Below, in pieces: positions 61,114-64,000 of a stretch of DNA of 64,000 nt. The notes beneath the pieces are model-generated. The model was not told where the DNA came from and searched no databases. It worked only from the letters and a program-made list of their open reading frames with translations. The DNA is from an uncultured Spirochaetota bacterium. Its GTDB lineage: Bacteria; Spirochaetota; Spirochaetia; SZUA-6; CAVTHK01. The stretch spans positions 288,001 through 352,000 of the forward strand of contig CAVTHK010000013.1 of assembly GCA_963734495.1 (NCBI GenBank), written 5' to 3'. The translations under genes and the position numbers were made by a program. Every line of letters starts with the position of its first letter. The stretch's first letter is position 1.

Positions 61114-61914
61114 ATGGACATCGTCGATACCCACTGCCACGCCTGCCTCTCCTGGTACGAGCCCGCCGAGATGCTCGTGCGCCAGATGGACGCGAACGGG
61201 GTGCGCTTCGCCTGCCTGGTCCAGATCAAGGGCCAGTACGACAACGGCTACCAGGCCGACGTCGTGCGGCGCTACCCGGGCCGATTCGTCTCCGTCGTCC
61301 ACCTCGACGCGGCGCGGCCCGACGCCGAGGCGGAGCTCGAGCGTCTCGCCGCCGAGGGCGCCCGCGGACTGCGGCTGCTGCCCGGCGACCGCTCTCCCGG
61401 CCGCGACCCGCTCGCGATCTGGAAGCGCGCGGCCGCGCTGCGGCTTCCCGTCAGCACGGGCGGCGGCGGCGCCGAAGAGCTCCTGTCCTCGGGGCTCGAG
61501 ACCGTCGTCCGCAGCATTCCCGACCTGACGGTCATCGTCGAGCACCTGGGCTCCGGCAACCGCCCGGACGGAGAAGCGCCGCCCTGGCCGCTGCGGAAGC
61601 GGGTCTACGACCTCGCGCGCTATCCCAACGTCTGCATCAAGCTCCACGGCCTCGGCGAGTTCGCGGCGCGGGCCATGCCGGTGGCGGAGCCGTTCCCCTT
61701 TGTGCGCCCCGTCCCGCCGCTGCTCGATATGGCCCTCGAGCGCTTCGGGCCGAAGCGCATGATGTGGGGGAGCGACTACCCGCCCGTGAGCTCGCGCGAA
61801 GGCTACGGCAACGCGCTTCGCCTGCCGCGGGAGCACCTTTCGCCCTGCGGCGCCGAGGCCGTGGCGGAGCTGTTCGGCGGCACGGCCATGCGGATCTACC
61901 GGATCGGCTCGTGA
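61114..61914 (+). CDS. Amidohydrolase family 2 protein
   Basis: VDTHCH, VEHLG, MWGSDYP. Confidence 0.88.
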   Translation: MDIVDTHCHACLSWYEPAEMLVRQMDANGVRFACLVQIKGQYDNGYQADVVRRYPGRFVSVVHLDAARPDAEAELERLAAEGARGLRLLPGDRSPGRDPLAIWKRAAALRLPVSTGGGGAEELLSSGLETVVRSIPDLTVIVEHLGSGNRPDGEAPPWPLRKRVYDLARYPNVCIKLHGLGEFAARAMPVAEPFPFVRPVPPLLDMALERFGPKRMMWGSDYPPVSSREGYGNALRLPREHLSPCGAEAVAELFGGTAMRIYRIGS

Positions 61915-62525
61915 TCACGGGCGCGGGCGCCGGCGCGGGCGTGCGGGCGCCGGCGAGCCGGCGCGTGACGCTGCTCACCGGCGCGCGGGGCGCCGGGAAG
62001 AGCACGGTCTGCCTGCGGATGGGCGAGCTCGCCCGCGGCGCCGGCATCGCCGTCGCCGGCATCGCCTCGCAGGGCGTGTTTCGGCAGGGCGCTCGCGTCG
62101 GCCTGGAAGCGGTCGACCTGGCGACGCGCGAGCGCTGGCTGCTCGCGAGCACCGTCGAGCAGCAGGACGGACCGGCCGTGGGTCCCTTCAGCTTCAGCCT
62201 CTCTGGCCTCCAGCGCGCGCTCGCCGTTCTGGACCGCGCCCTGGACCGCTTCGCGCAAAGCGCGGCTCTGCCCGGGACCGGGCTGCTCATCCTCGACGAG
62301 GTCGGCCCCCTCGAGATCGCGCGTCACCAGGGCTTCTTCCCCGTGGTGGCACGCCTGCGGATCACGCCGTCGCCGGATCTCCTGATCGTGGTCCGACCGG
62401 AGCTCGTCGGAGAGCTGCGCGCGGCTCTCGGCGATGGCCGCTTCACGGTCGTCGAGGTCACGCGCGACTCCCGCGACGCGCTCCCCGAACGGCTCCTCGC
62501 CGCAGTCGACGCGAGGCCGGACTGA
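61911..62525 (+). CDS. Nucleoside-triphosphatase (NTPase_1/DUF2478-like)
   Basis: TGARGAGKST, LLILDEVGPLE; GTGA overlap. Confidence 0.8.
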   Translation: MITGAGAGAGVRAPASRRVTLLTGARGAGKSTVCLRMGELARGAGIAVAGIASQGVFRQGARVGLEAVDLATRERWLLASTVEQQDGPAVGPFSFSLSGLQRALAVLDRALDRFAQSAALPGTGLLILDEVGPLEIARHQGFFPVVARLRITPSPDLLIVVRPELVGELRAALGDGRFTVVEVTRDSRDALPERLLAAVDARPD

Positions 62526-62531
62526 GAGTCC

Positions 62532-63467
62532 TTACACGATCTGCAGCACCAGCTTGCCGAGCACCCCGCCGCGCTCGCGCTGCGCGAACGCATCGCGGAT
62601 CTGCTCGAGCGGGAAGGTCCGCTGCACGGCGATCCTGATCTTCCCTTCGGCCGCCAGGCGGGCCAGACCCTCCAGCCTCGCCGTCGTGACCTGGGTAAAC
62701 TGGGAGCTTGCCTTGACGCCCCGCTTCTCGGCAAGAGCGGCGTCGGGCATCCCGGCCAGAGACACGATCGCCCCGCCTTTCCTGACCGCCTCAAAGGAGC
62801 TCTGCAGGAGGTCGCCGCCGACGTTGTCGAGGACCGCGTCAAAGTCCGCGGCGAGGTTCCTCAGCGAATCCTTGCCGAGATCGATCACGGCATCCGCCCC
62901 CAGCCCTTTCACGAACTCGACGCCCTTGCCGCGGGCCGTGGCCGTCACGCGGACCCCGAGAGCCTTTGCGAGCTGGATGGCGAACTCGCCGATCCCGCCC
63001 GAGCCGCCTGTCACCAGGAGCTTCTGTCCGGCCCGCAGGCCCAGGGTCTCGAAAGCCTGGACCGCGCTCACACCGGCCAGCGGAAGCGCCGCGGCTTCCG
63101 CAAAACCGACCTTGTCGGGGATCTTCGCGATCTGTCCCTCGGCGACCGACGCGATCTCGGCAAACGCCCCGCTGGCTCCCGCGAGGGCGCTCGCCGAGCC
63201 AAAGACGCGGTCTCCGGCCCGCACGCCGCGCACGCCGCTGCCCACCTCGCTCACGACACCCGCGATGTCGCAGCCGAGCGTGATCGGAAAGGCCAGGGGC
63301 ACCATCTTTGCCATATAGCCGGCGCGCACCGCGGAATCCACCGGGTTGAGGCTCGCCGCGTGGACCTTGACGAGGACGCGGCCCTTTCCCGCGACGGGGG
63401 CCGGTGCGTTCCGCTCGATGGTGATGACGCCCGCATCGCCGTATTCCTTGATCTGCGCTGCTTTCAT
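62532..63467 (-). CDS. NADP-dependent MDR (quinone) oxidoreductase
   Basis: ASLNPVD, LGCDIAG, GGSGGIG, GKLVL. Confidence 0.9.
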   Translation of the reverse strand: MKAAQIKEYGDAGVITIERNAPAPVAGKGRVLVKVHAASLNPVDSAVRAGYMAKMVPLAFPITLGCDIAGVVSEVGSGVRGVRAGDRVFGSASALAGASGAFAEIASVAEGQIAKIPDKVGFAEAAALPLAGVSAVQAFETLGLRAGQKLLVTGGSGGIGEFAIQLAKALGVRVTATARGKGVEFVKGLGADAVIDLGKDSLRNLAADFDAVLDNVGGDLLQSSFEAVRKGGAIVSLAGMPDAALAEKRGVKASSQFTQVTTARLEGLARLAAEGKIRIAVQRTFPLEQIRDAFAQRERGGVLGKLVLQIV

Positions 63468-63674
63468 GACTCTCCTCCTCCGGCGGCCGTCGCCCCGGAG
63501 TCGACTCAATGTGATTACCAGCAATATACGGACGCGGCGGACCGCAGGGGTATCCCGGCGGCGGATCGGAGCGGATCGCCCGCAGATTTGACTCGCCCCG
63601 GCTACCGGGTGTAGAAATGCGCGCAGCCGGACCTGATGCAGGCAGGCAGCTTTGTCCGGTGCAGAGGAGACGCA

Positions 63675-63926
63675 ATGGCAACCAGCTCCGACAGGCTCAA
63701 GACCAAGATCTATGACGCGATCAAGGCCTCCAGCGAGATCAAGCCCGGCAACTACATTTCCGTGAACGTCAAGACTGGCGGGCTCTTCGGCTTCGGCAAG
63801 CGCGTGATCGAGCTCACGGGCCGCGCGAACTCGGACAAGGACAAAGAGGCGATCGAAAAGATCGCCCGCGACCTTGCCGAAGGGGCGGAGGTGGTGAGCA
63901 CCGTCAGGACCGGCCGCACGGGCTAA
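63675..63926 (+). CDS. Small BON-domain-like protein
   Basis: 83 aa, ISVNV..IELTG..KEAIEKIA..VVSTV; GAGGAG RBS; no signal peptide. Confidence 0.6.
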   Translation: MATSSDRLKTKIYDAIKASSEIKPGNYISVNVKTGGLFGFGKRVIELTGRANSDKDKEAIEKIARDLAEGAEVVSTVRTGRTG

Positions 63927-64000
63927 GGTCCGGCTCCTCCTCTCTTCCTCGGCACCGCGCAACTCCTCCCCCTGCGGACGGCGCGACGCGACTCAGGGCC

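Overview
About 64 kb of very GC-rich bacterial chromosome, probably an uncultured Spirochaetia-like organism (inferred from an FMN-riboswitch-controlled BMP/RfuABCD-type transporter, a spirochaete-style 'ASGKQEA' solute-binding protein leader and a TM-YcgR-PilZ protein). It holds about 55 metabolic, transport and regulatory genes. I saw no tRNA, rRNA, CRISPR array, transposase or phage. Recognisable loci are: an mtnP-mtnA-class II aldolase cluster; a heterodimeric ABC exporter; a Methyltransf_19-type SAM methyltransferase coupled to a helical-PAS-HisKA-REC kinase whose best-placed start codon is ACG; an FMN riboswitch with a riboflavin ABC transporter; an AbrB-like (HgcC-type) gene plus arsM; xylB-ribokinase-yjbQ; a GH38 mannosidase; an internally deleted CopB-type ATPase; asd; a stand-alone class II aaRS-like domain; metY; a subtilase preceded by a free copy of its own prodomain; a FadR-linked sugar ABC operon; two MenA/UbiA prenyltransferases, one fused to a flavodoxin-like domain; and a Re-citrate-synthase-like enzyme with a C-terminal Cache-like domain. 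Many genes between about 39 and 58 kb carry frameshifts or single in-frame stops, most simply explained as long-read consensus errors. All family assignments come from motif recognition by eye; no database searches were run.
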